Source of the DNA: Lama glama
Taxonomy: Eukaryota
DNA length: 64,000 nucleotides
Direction of reading: 5' to 3'
Assembly (NCBI GenBank): GCA_028534125.1
Contig: CM052816.1
Coordinates: 61,940,001-62,004,000, forward strand
Positions 38,189-49,584 of the stretch are shown one piece after another. A program made the translations under genes and the position numbers. The notes below the pieces were generated by a model. The model was not told where the DNA came from. It searched no databases and saw only the letters and a program-made list of their open reading frames with translations. Position 1 is the first letter of the stretch. Each line of letters starts with the position of its first letter.

Positions 38189-40228
38189 CATAAATTTGTT
38201 TTAATTAAGAAAGTTTCCCATGGCAACTTCTTCCAATAAAATTGTAGCAAATTAAGAAATTCAAGACCTATCCCAGGAAATCACAATACTATAAGACAAT
38301 TTTACAATTACCTTTTAACATAGAAACACTCTACTTTTTCATTCAAAATCATGCCATTTCTTATTTACAAAGGAATATTCTTAATCTAATTCTGGGTTGT
38401 ATATTACTAAACTGATATGTCTTTAAATTACCATCTACAGTAAATAGAATCTTTTGGTAGCCTCCTTCCTACAGCTCATGAAGGCAGTTAATCTTTGGTG
38501 GAACCAGCCATCTGGCAACAACCAAAATCCCTACTGAGCCCACAGGAGGAAACAGCTTATAACTGTCTTATTAATAACGACAAAAAACCAAAAAGAATGT
38601 TAGCTGGAATTCGACTTCTCTAGTATTACATACCCTACCCCCACCCCTACTCAGTGTACCAAAGTAGATTTATGCCAATCCATGATCAATGATTTGTGAC
38701 CATCACAATCACTTTTGCTACAATTATCTTTCAATTTCTGTTTCAAAATCCCAAATTATACTGTCACAAGTTATATAACATTGATGAATTTATTGTATCT
38801 TTTTGGGCTTTTACTAGCTACATAGTCCTTTTACAATTATGCTTCAATGACCATGGGGGTGGGGTGGAGGATGTGAAAATATCTATATTGTGGAGGCTTT
38901 TCAAATGGTTTCCTTAACCTTTAAAGAAATATGAAAGAACTAGAAATGCAAATGTACATGATTTTCTCAATCCAATACACTTTCTCTACGAAAAGAAGGG
39001 AACATTTATCGAGCGCCTTCCATGTGTCAGCTTCTCTGCCAGACACTACATATCCTATCTCATTTAATTCTAACCTACAAGGTAGGTATTATTGCTCCTA
39101 TTTTATTTATGAAGAAACAGAGACTCAGATAAAGAAACTTTATCCAAGGTCTCACAGTAAACAAACAAAGCCAAAGGCCGTCTGGCCGCAAAGCCCATGC
39201 TTTTTCTATACCACCATAGTGCCTCCACAAAGTTCTCCATAAATTCCATGCTACACTGGAAAAAAGGTCTATCAATCTCTAGGGCCTGCCACATGTCTCA
39301 CAAGAAATCCTCAAGTTACCCTGGTCACAATTTATTTGAATAGAGAATAGTGCCAAAGTCAAAAGCAATCATACATTGGTTGGACATGAGCAAGGCCTTC
39401 TAACTTGGTTTGGGATGAAACAAAACCCAAACGAGATACTCCATATTGGATGGTGACAAACCAATCCAACTGGATTCCCAATCTCCTGGGAAGTATACAT
39501 TTGGGATGCAAACTGAGAGGCTGAGTAACTCCCTCTCCCTCAGACTGTATCTAGAACAACACTGTGTAACACCTTCTGATTTTCCATGAGGCCTGATGTA
39601 CCTCCCAATCTTAAAAGCACAGTGTACCTAAAAAAGACAATGCCCTGTCTACCTCTTCCCTGTCTATTTCTTGTATACTAGAAATAAAGTGCTATTGTTA
39701 AAGGGAACCTAGACACGTCCCCTCATCTTTGCAACTCTAAAGCAGTGATCTCCAAACTCTTGGTTAAGTGTGCATCTCTATTAGCAAAGGAGAAAAGGAG
39801 GGTGGGAAGGGAGGTAAGGCCTTGGAACATACATACCCAAAAAGTACATATTTAAATCCCACATGTAGTACTATATTGCTCTAGTATTACAAAAGAGTCA
39901 CACAAAATAAAAATTTTAAGCCATACATAGAAATACTATTTTAAAATAATTCTTAATTTAATTTTATTTACTAATGATACAATGTAACTTTTTAAAAAAT
40001 AACAGCTCTATTGAGATATAATTCACATATCAAAGATTTACTCTTTTAAAGTGGTTTTTAGTATAACCCACAGAGTTATACAACCACCACCACTATCCAA
40101 TTCCAGAACATCTCATTACCCCAAAAAGAAATACTGTACTCATTAAGGGTCACACCCTATTTCCTCCTACTGGCAACCACTAATCTACTTTCTGTCTCTA
40201 TGGATTTGTCTATTGAACATTTCATAAA

Positions 40229-42002
40229 TAGGCATACCTCAGAGATACAGTAGGTTCAGTTTCAAACCACCACAATGAAGTGAATACTGCAATAAAGTAA
40301 GTTACATGAATTTTTTTGGTTTCTCAGTGCATATAATAGTTATATATATGTATAATATAGTCTACTAAGTATGCAATAGCATTATGTATTAAAAAACAAC
40401 ATATATGCCTTAATTAAAGAATACTTTATTACTAAATATTGCTAAACATTTGCTAGTCATCTCAGCCGGTCATAATCTTTCCACTGGCAGAAGGTTTGAA
40501 ATACTGCAAGAATTACCAAAATGTTGGATCAAAGACTTAAACGTAAGACAAGATACAATAAACCTCCTAGAGGAAAATATAGGCAAAACATGATCTCACA
40601 TACATCTCAAAAATGTTCTCCTAGGGCAGTCTAGCCAAGCAATAGAAATAAAAGCAAGAATAAACAAATGGGACCTAATGAAACTTACAAGCTTCTGCAC
40701 AGCAAAGGAAACCAGAAATAAAACAAAACGACAACCTACAGAATGGGAGAAAAGTTTTGCAAAAGATAAAACTGACAAAGGTTTGATCTCCAGAATATAT
40801 AAGCAGCTCATATGACATAATAAGAAAAATACAAACAACACAATCCAAAAATGGACAGAAGACCTAAATAAGCAATTCTCCAAGGAAGACATACAAATGA
40901 TCAAAAAGCACACGAAATAATGCTCAATATCACTAATTATCAGAGAAATGCAAATCAAAACTACAATGAGGTATCACCTCACACCAGTCAGAATGCCCAT
41001 CATTCAAAAGTCCACAAATGACAAATGCTGGAGAGGCTGTGGAGAAAAGGGAACCCTCCTACACTGCTGGTGGGAATGCAATTTGACGCAGCCACTGTGG
41101 TAAACAGTATGGAGATTCCTCAAAAGACTAGGAATAGACTTACCATAGGACCCAGGAATCCCACTCTGGGCATATAACCAGAAGGAACCCTACTTCAAAA
41201 AGACACCTGCACCCCAATGTTCATAGCAGCACTATTTACAACAGGCAAGACATGGAAATAGCCTAAATGTCCAACAACAGATGACTGGATAAAGAAGATG
41301 TGGTATATTTATACAATGGAATACTACTCAGCCATAAAAACCGACAACATAACACCATTTGCAGCAACATGGATGTCCCTGGAGAATGTCATTCTAAGTG
41401 AAGTAAGCCAGAAAGAGGAAGAAAAATACCATATGAGATCACTCATATGTGGAATCTAAAAAAACAAACAAACAAAAGAACAAAACAGAAACAGACTCAT
41501 AGACATAGAATACAAATTTGTGGTTGCCATGGGGGCAGGGGGTGGGAAGGGACAGACTGGGATTTCAAAATCTGTAGATTTGACAGGCATATGCAGAATA
41601 GATAAACAAGATTACACTGCATAGCACAGGAAAGTGTGTACAAGATCTTGTAGTAGCTCATAGTGAAAAAAATGTGACAATGAATATATGTATGTTCATG
41701 TATAGAAGAAAAATTGTGCTCTACACTGGAATTTGACACCACATTGTAAAATGACTATAACTCAATAAAAAAAAAAGTTTTAAAAAAAGAATGGAAAAAA
41801 AAGGTTAAGATAGCAAATTTTGTTATGTATATTTTTAAATAAATAAAAAATTAATAATAGTTACCAAAATGTGACAGAGACACGAAGCAAACAAATGCTG
41901 GGAAAATGGTGCCAAAAGACTTGCTCAAGGCAGGATTGCCACAAGCCTTCAATTTCTAAAAAATACAACACCTGTAAAGTGCAATAAAACAAGGTCTGCC
42001 TG
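40229..42002 (-). mobile_element. Internally deleted Tigger1-like transposon (pieces 40229-40524 and 41861-42002)
   Basis: Termini AGGCATACCTC... and ...AAGGTCTGCCTG match the Tigger1 TIR as I recall it (CAGGCATACCTC). The two halves join across the L1 TSD. Confidence 0.8.
40525..41860 (+). mobile_element. Young 5'-truncated L1 inserted in the Tigger1
   Basis: L1 ORF2 C-terminus and 3' UTR, very similar to the 1805-2760 copy over ORF2; perfect 12-bp TSD TTACCAAAATGT at 40513-40524 and 41861-41872. Confidence 0.92.
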
Positions 42003-42739
42003 TAAATGGAGTCATATAATGCGTGTGCTTTGTCTTGCTTCTTTCACTTAGTACAATGTTGCTTACAGATTGGAGAGGTTCATCTTTCTATTCTATATAC
42101 TTCATTTTTAAATGTCTTGAAAATCACAATAGCATTATGTTCTTACTGATAAATATGTCAAGGTAGAGAATACATTGATGACAAAAGTTCACCATTAACA
42201 ATAATAGAAACCCAAAGTTCAAATGATCTTCATAATAATTTCCAATTTTTGACAGACTTCCCATGCTCCACCTTTTTTAATGATTTGCTTATATTTACAT
42301 TATTACTATTATTCTGAGAGCTGGTTTAGTTAATCTAGATAGCATTTAGATGGAATGGAAATTCATCTAGCAAGGCATTAGGAAAAATTACACTATGATA
42401 TATAAAAACTGACTGACTGAATCACTGAATTTATATGTTCCTTTATATGTATAAACAGTATTGCATTTAAACAAAGGCAAAAATAAATTTATAAACAGAA
42501 GTATGCACATTCTCACCCTGTACCCTATGGGTGGTTTGGCACACTCCCTGAAGTGTGCACTCACTAGTTTAGAAACCACTAAAGAACAAACTAATGCACA
42601 TCATCCCTCCCTCTCCAGGCTCTGGAGTCAGGCTGCCCGAATCCAAATAACGACCCATGTATGAAGGGAAAGGGAGCTTCCTTACCTTGGACATATCAGA
42701 CACTACTATGACTCAATTTCCTTATCTAAAAACAGGGTA

Positions 42740-45700
42740 ATAACTGAACAAGCAATGGATCACTGAAGAAATCAAAGGAAAACTCAAAAAATGCCTAGAG
42801 ACAAATGAAAACAGATATATAACATACCAAATTTACAAGATGCAGCAAAAGTATTTCTAAGAGAGGTCACAGCAATACAGGCCTACCGCAAGAAACAAGA
42901 AAATCTCAAACAATCTAACTTTACCCCTAAAGGAACCAGAAAAACAAATGAAGCACAAAGTTAGAAGGAAGAATACAATGAAGAACAGAATGGGAAGAAA
43001 TAAAACAGAGACTAAAACACAACACAAAAGATCAGTGAAATGAAGAACTGGTTCTCTCAAAGGATAAACAGAAGTGACAAACCTTTAGCCAGACTCATGA
43101 AGGAAAAATGGAGAGGGCTCAAACAAATAAAATCAGAAATGAAAGACAAGTTACAACTGATACCACACAAATATAAAGGAGCATGAGAGACACCCTGAAC
43201 AATTATATGCCAACAAACTGGACAACCCAGAAAAAAATGGATAAATTCCTGGAAACATACAATCTTCCAAGACTGAATTATGACAGAACAGAAAATCTGC
43301 AGAGACCAAGTACCTGTAAGGAGACTGGATCAGTAATCAAAAACTCCCAACAGACATAAGTCCAGGACCGGATGGCTTCAGTAGTGAATTCTACCAAACA
43401 TACAAAGGAGACTTAATACTTCCCTTCTTAACCTCTTTAAAAAAAAAATTAAAGAGAAGGGAACATTTTGAACATATATTCAAAAAATCTCAACAAAATA
43501 TTAGCAAACTAAATTCAATACATGAAAAGGAACATACACTGTAATCAAGTGGGATCTACTCCACGGATGTAAGGGTGGCTTGGCATCTGCAAAACCAGCA
43601 TGACACACCACATGAGCAGATGAAAGATGAAAACCCTGCGGTCATCTCAGTGGATGCAGAAAGGGTATCTGGCAAAATTCAACACCCATTGTTACGACAA
43701 AAACTCTCAACAAAGTGGGTATAGAAGGAATTTACTTCAATGTGATTGAAGCCAAGTATGACAAACTCACAGCTATCATACTCAATAGTGAAAAGCTGAA
43801 AGTGTTTCCTCTGAGATCAGGAATAAGACAAGGATACCCACTCTCCCCATTTTCTTTCAACACAGTACCAGAAGTCCTAGCCACAGCAATTAGGTAAGAC
43901 GAAGAAATAAAAAGCATCCAAATTGGATAGGAAGAAGTAAAACTGTCACTATCTGCAGTTGACATAATACTATACAGAAAACCCTAAAGACTTCAGCAAA
44001 AAAATTGTTAGAACTAATAAATGAATTCAGTAAAGTTGCAGTATACAAAATTAATACACAAAAATCTATAGCATTTCTATACATTAATAACTATCAGAAA
44101 TAGAAATCAAGAAAGCAATCCCATTTACAAGTACACCAAAAACACCAAAAAAACAAAAAACAAAAAACATCTAGGAATAAATTTAACCCAGGAGGCAAAA
44201 GATCTGTATCCTGGAAACTACAAGACATTGATGAAAACAATGAAGAAAGGTACAAAATAAGTGGAAAGATAGTCTGTGCTCATGGCTGGAAAGAATTAAT
44301 ATTGTTAAAATGTCCATACTATCCAAAACAATCTATAGAGTCAATGTACTCCCTATCAAAATTCCAATGGTATCTTTCACAGAACTAGAACAATTCCAAA
44401 ATATGTATAAAACCACAAAAGATCCCAAATGGCCAAAGCAATCTTGAGAAAGAAGAACAAAGCTAAAGGTATCACATGCCCTCATCTCAAATTAAACTAC
44501 AAAGCTAGAGTAATCAAAACAGCACGGTATAGAAACAAACACACAGATCAAGAGAAACAGAATAGAGAGCCCAGAAATAAACCTACACATACATTATCGA
44601 CTAATTTACAACAAAGGGGGCAACAATACACAGTGAGGATACAACAGACTTTTCGATAAACAGTGCTGAGAAAACTGAACAGCTGCATGTAAAAGAATGA
44701 AACTATCTTACACTCATAAAAATAAACTCAAAATGGATTACAGACTTGAATGTAAGACCTGAAACCATAAAAGTTCTAGAAGAAAACATAGGCAGTAATC
44801 TCCTTGACACTGGTCTTAACAATTTATTTTTTAATCTGACTCCAAAGCCAAAGTTAACAAAAGGAAAAATAAACAAATGGGACTACATCAAAATAAAAGG
44901 CTTCTGTATGGCAAAGGAAACCATGAACAAAATGAAAAGAGAATGCACTGAATGGGAGAAGACATTTGCCAATTATATATTGAATCAAGAGTTAATATCC
45001 AACATAACATTGTAAACTGACTATAACTCAATAAAAAAAATAGAAGTTATTTAAAAAAGAGTTCATATCCAAAATACATAAAGAACTTATACAACTCAAT
45101 AACATAAAAACAATCTGATTAAAAAATGGACATGAACCTTAAGACATTCTTCCAAAGATGTACAGATGACCAACAGGCACATGAAAAAATGCTCAACATC
45201 ACTAATCATCAGGAAAAGGCAAAACAAAACAAAATCACAATGAGATACCACCTCACATCCATCAGAATGGCCATTATTAAAAAGACAAGAAACAAGTGTT
45301 GGTAAGGATGTGGAAAAAAGGGAACCCCTGTGTACCGCTGGCGGAAATATAGATTGGTGCAGCCAGTATGGAAAATAGTGTGGAGGTTCTTCAAAAAATT
45401 AAAAACAGAACCACCATAATACCCAGCAATTCCACTTTAGGGTATTTATCTGAAGGAAATGAAAACACTAACTGGAAAAGATATATATACCCTATTTTCA
45501 TGTAGTATTATTTACAATAGCCAACATACAAAAACAATCCAAATGTCCAATAACGGATGTATATAAAGAAGACATACTATGTAATATACATACACACACA
45601 CACACTAGAATACTACTCAGTTATAAAAAAAAACAAAGGAATATTGCCACAATGTGCCAATACGTGCCACAATATTTATGGAGCTTGAGGGTATTAAGCG

Positions 45701-46110
45701 AAAGTGAAATAAGTCAAACAGAGAAAGTCAAATACAGAACGATTCACTTACATGTGGACTCTAAAAAACAAAACAAACAAAACAAAGCAAAATCCAGACT
45801 CTTAGATACAGAGAACAGACTTGTGGTTGCCAGAGGCAAGAAGGGGTTGGGATGGGGCTGGAGGGTGGAATGGGTAACGAGGATCAAGAAATACAAACTT
45901 GCATTTATAAAATAAATAAGTCATGGAGATGAAATGCACAGCTTGGGAAATACAATCATTAATATTGTATTAACTTTATATGCTGACAGATGGTAACTAA
46001 ATTTACTGTGGTGACCATTTCACAAGGTATACAAATGTCAAATCACTATGTTGTACACATGAGACGAATATAATATTGTATGTCACATATACTTCAATAA
46101 ATTGTTTTAA
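42740..46110 (+). mobile_element. Degraded ~3.4-kb L1 (ORF2 RT region to 3' end) inserted into a MIR
   Basis: Track ORFs such as [23 protein letters not shown] and [14 protein letters not shown] are broken ORF2 pieces. MIR halves flank it at about 42620-42735 and 46115-46235. Confidence 0.92.
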
Positions 46111-47861
46111 AAACCAGGATAATAATATTCTCATAGGCTTGTTGTGAGGACAAAATGAGTTATTACACATAGATTACTTAGAATAGTACCTGACAAATAG
46201 TTAATACTCAAAATATGGTAGCTATTATTGTTGTAATTAATGTTCTTATACAATTTTTAGGCCACAGGAAACTTACACTCGGTAAAAAGAACACATATAT
46301 GGTAGGGCCACCTTGCTCACCAGGGTTTCTTAATCTTTTCACTAATAAGATCCTGAATTTAACAGAAGGCACGTGGCTCCTCCACTGGCCATACATTCCT
46401 AGTGGCCATAACCACTTTGCCAGGCATCAGTGATTTCTCTTCTTAAAGCTTAAATAAGGCGACACTTTGATAATAAAATGTTTCTTAAGAACAAATATTT
46501 GAGTTAATATACAATTTAGATTAAATCATCATAAAATGAGGAAATTTCTATCAAGTGGTATATTTCTGTGACTTGTCTGCAGAGGCCAGAGTTATAGCAC
46601 AACACAGCAAAACACTGCACATTTATGGACAGTTGCCAGGGATCAACCACTGCTATAATGTGTCAATTACTTCCCCAGTTGATACTATGCTCTTTGATGA
46701 GAGAAATTTTGTCCCCTTTATTCTGAATAGCTTGAATCCTTTCAGTACCTAATGCAGCATTAGGCAATATAGGCACTAAATGAACATTCATTAAGCAAAC
46801 TTGTTATTACATCTGCTTTAAATTCCTTCCAGGCCAAAATTCTTACCAAGCTCTCCACAGTACAAAACGCTGAAGCTTCAATGTCTTCATTCAGCCTTAT
46901 GCTGGAAAAAGTCCCAAACTGTTTCTGAAGGAGAACTTGGGCCATGCCTAATATTCTCCCTCAGCCCAATTCTGTTCAGGAGGACAATACTTATCACAGT
47001 TTGCATAAACTTATTTGCATGATTATTTCACCAATATATATTTCTCTTAAGTGACTCTGTGATAATAGAGGCAGTGCTGGTTTTTCTTTCCACTGTATGC
47101 CTAAAACTTAGCATAGAGCCTGGCATGTGCTAGGTGCTCAATAAATACTTGTTGAATGAAAGGTCTCCTATTTAGGCATGAATCCCTGTTGAAGCTTCTC
47201 ATCTTTATGACTATATCGAATCTTCCACCAGAGTAAAACAACTAAGTCTGCCCTCGACCAGTAGCAATATAACCTCAAGCTCACTGATGCTTAATACTTC
47301 TCAGAAGTTAAGAGAAATACATTATTAATTTATTCATCCATCCATTCACTCAGTACATACTTAAACTCCTCCTCCTATGTGTCGAGCACCCTTGTACATG
47401 CCTGTCTCTGTCTGCATTCTGTGAAGGGAGAAAGGGTGGAGGAGACTACAACAATAAATACTAAGTACTGCAGAAAAAACTAAAGAGGTTATGGGGGCCA
47501 GGGAACGCTGGGATGTAGGGCATGAATGAGGTTTTCTATTTTATAGGAAGTTGACAGGAAAGGCCTCTTTCTTAAAACAACATCCGAGCAGAATAACGAG
47601 CAGGCTAGAGAAGGGAACAGCAAGTGTGAAGGCCCCACCTAGCAAGATGGGCAATGTATTCAGTCTCTACCAGTGTTTATCAACTGGAGGTGATATCACT
47701 TTCAAAAAGTACTGGGATATATGAAGACATAGACATTCTGGGTTTTTACAATGATGGGTGAGTAGGGCTGAGAAGTGGGGGTAGTTCCGACAACAAAAAA
47801 CGGAAAGAATTGCTCTGCCCAAAATACCTACCGGACTTTTGCTGGGCACATCAATTACAGC

Positions 47862-47985
47862 ATTTTTGTTTTTGTTTGGGGTTGGGGCAGTTAGGTTTAC
47901 TTCTTTATTTTTAGAGGAGGGACTGGGGATTGAACCCAGGACCTAGTGTATGCTAAGCATGTGCTCTACCACTTGAGCTATATTA
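47862..47985 (-). mobile_element. tRNA-derived SINE (vic-1-like)
   Basis: ggggattgaacccaggacct..atgctaagcatgtgctctaccacttgagctata; same family as the other three copies. Confidence 0.82.
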
Positions 47986-48909
47986 CCAAATGTAAATCAC
48001 CAAGATTACAATTTATGACATAGTCATGCAACAGAATTGTACCTGATGCAAATTTAGTTTATCCTAATTCACCTATATACTTTCAGTCCCACTATTTGCT
48101 CCATTATGCTGGTCATCACATTCTGTATGTGATATAGACTAGGTCTCAGTTTATCAGGTGACACTTATTCCATTATCGACTCTGCCTCATACTGCACATA
48201 AACACTTCGGGAATTAAGATACTCTGACCATCAAAATCCATCAAAAAATCATTCCCTCATTCTAATGTGGGAACACTTCTCAATCTCCACTTTCTCTCAC
48301 AATCATCTCATGTTTTAAGACCAGCTCAAAAGACACTTCCTCCATGAAGCTTTCCCCTACTTTCCCAATTGCTAACCTCTTAGTTCTACCATAGCCTTAT
48401 GCTCCTCTCTCCATATGCACTCCTATCAAACATATCATAAGGTTTTTCTTTACCTGCCTGCCTCCCAAACTAAACTGTAAGCTCTTCTAGAGCAACAACT
48501 AGACCTCATCCGTCCATCTTTGTAGCCCCAGCATCTACGCACCTGGGGCCTAGTAAGCACTAATTAAAGGACTGTAGAACGAATGGAAGGAAAAAGAGCC
48601 ATCTCCAAGTTAAACAAACAAATATCAATTTTTAAAATGTATTTGGCTTTTTACCTACAACCCTAGAAAACACATGCAGAGTTAGGTTGAAGCAAGAAAT
48701 GGGGCTAGAAGTTTGGTAGATGGAGAAATCTCCATTTGAGGGCTTTTTCAATTATATGCTGAGAAGCGCCAATAGGTGGTTTTCGACGCAGGCTGTTTAG
48801 AGGCAAGGGTAAAGACAAGACTTCTTGTCGTCTCTTCCAGACCCCAGAACTCCCTTAATCTGTGAGGTATCACTTTGGAGAACCCAGGTACCCTGAATGT
48901 GGCTCTCAC

Positions 48910-48951
48910 CTTCCCGTTCGTGGGAGGCTCCTGGATGTAAATGTTGCTCAT
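48910..48951 (-). CDS. CWC27: CWC27 coding exon 1 (MSNIYIQEPPTNGK)
   Basis: ATG at 48951-48949, 42 nt, followed by donor AAG|GTGAG. The peptide matches the N-terminus of vertebrate CWC27/SDCCAG10 as I recall it. Lies in the CpG island. Confidence 0.97.
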
Positions 48952-49571
48952 ACTGGTCCGTGCTCGGGTCTCAGCTCCTAACTGGGGATGAGAGCGGACG
49001 GCCGATCACTAAACTTGTCCACCTATCGGTACACGCTTCCTAAAATCGGGAGGTCGCGTTTTGAAAGCTCCAGCCTGTCAACACCCCGCAAGGCAGCGAC
49101 ACCAAACACCATCCTTTCAAAGCTCGCCCCTCACGGACGCCGCCATGTTGCTCCCGGCCCCGAGCACCGCTATCCCTGACAAGGGGGGACTCCAGTGGCC
49201 TCCAGGGAATCGAGAAAAGATTATGAAGCCCCTATAGATTAATTTAATTTGCATTACAATTTGCAAAGTAACCGTTCGTAAGTCTTGGTGGTGTTTACTT
49301 TACTACACGCGTGTGCAGGTTTCATTACCCCCCCCCCGAAGCTGGCAGCAATGGTTTGGCCCGCGTATGGTCTACAATAGGATTCCCCTGGAAACTGCAG
49401 CAGCAGCTACTTGGTTCCGCCGTGCGATAGGCTTTCAGGGCCTCCCGCGACTGTCACGAAGGCTCCCCAGCACGGGTGGGAGAAAGAGGCCGCGCTCGCT
49501 GTGCTTGGTCGTCGCGGCCAGCGGGAAGCCAGCGCGTTCTCGGAAGCCTAGGAGTCCGACTTACCAGGGCC

Positions 49572-49584
49572 ATGGCAGTCCCAG
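49572..49584 (+). CDS. SREK1IP1: SREK1IP1 coding exon 1 (MAVP-G)
   Basis: Kozak GCCATGG, then ATGGCAGTCCCAG|GTAAAG; joins exon 2 in frame. SREK1IP1 is the known head-to-head partner of CWC27. Confidence 0.92.

Larger units (their letters stand above)
39985..42060 (-). mobile_element. Old L1M (L1MB-like) 3' fragment split by nested insertions (pieces 39985-40228 and 42003-42060)
   Basis: attgagatataattcacatatc...ccactaatctactttctgtctctatggattt...catttcata continues as taaatggagtcata...cttctttcacttag after the inserts. Confidence 0.7.
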
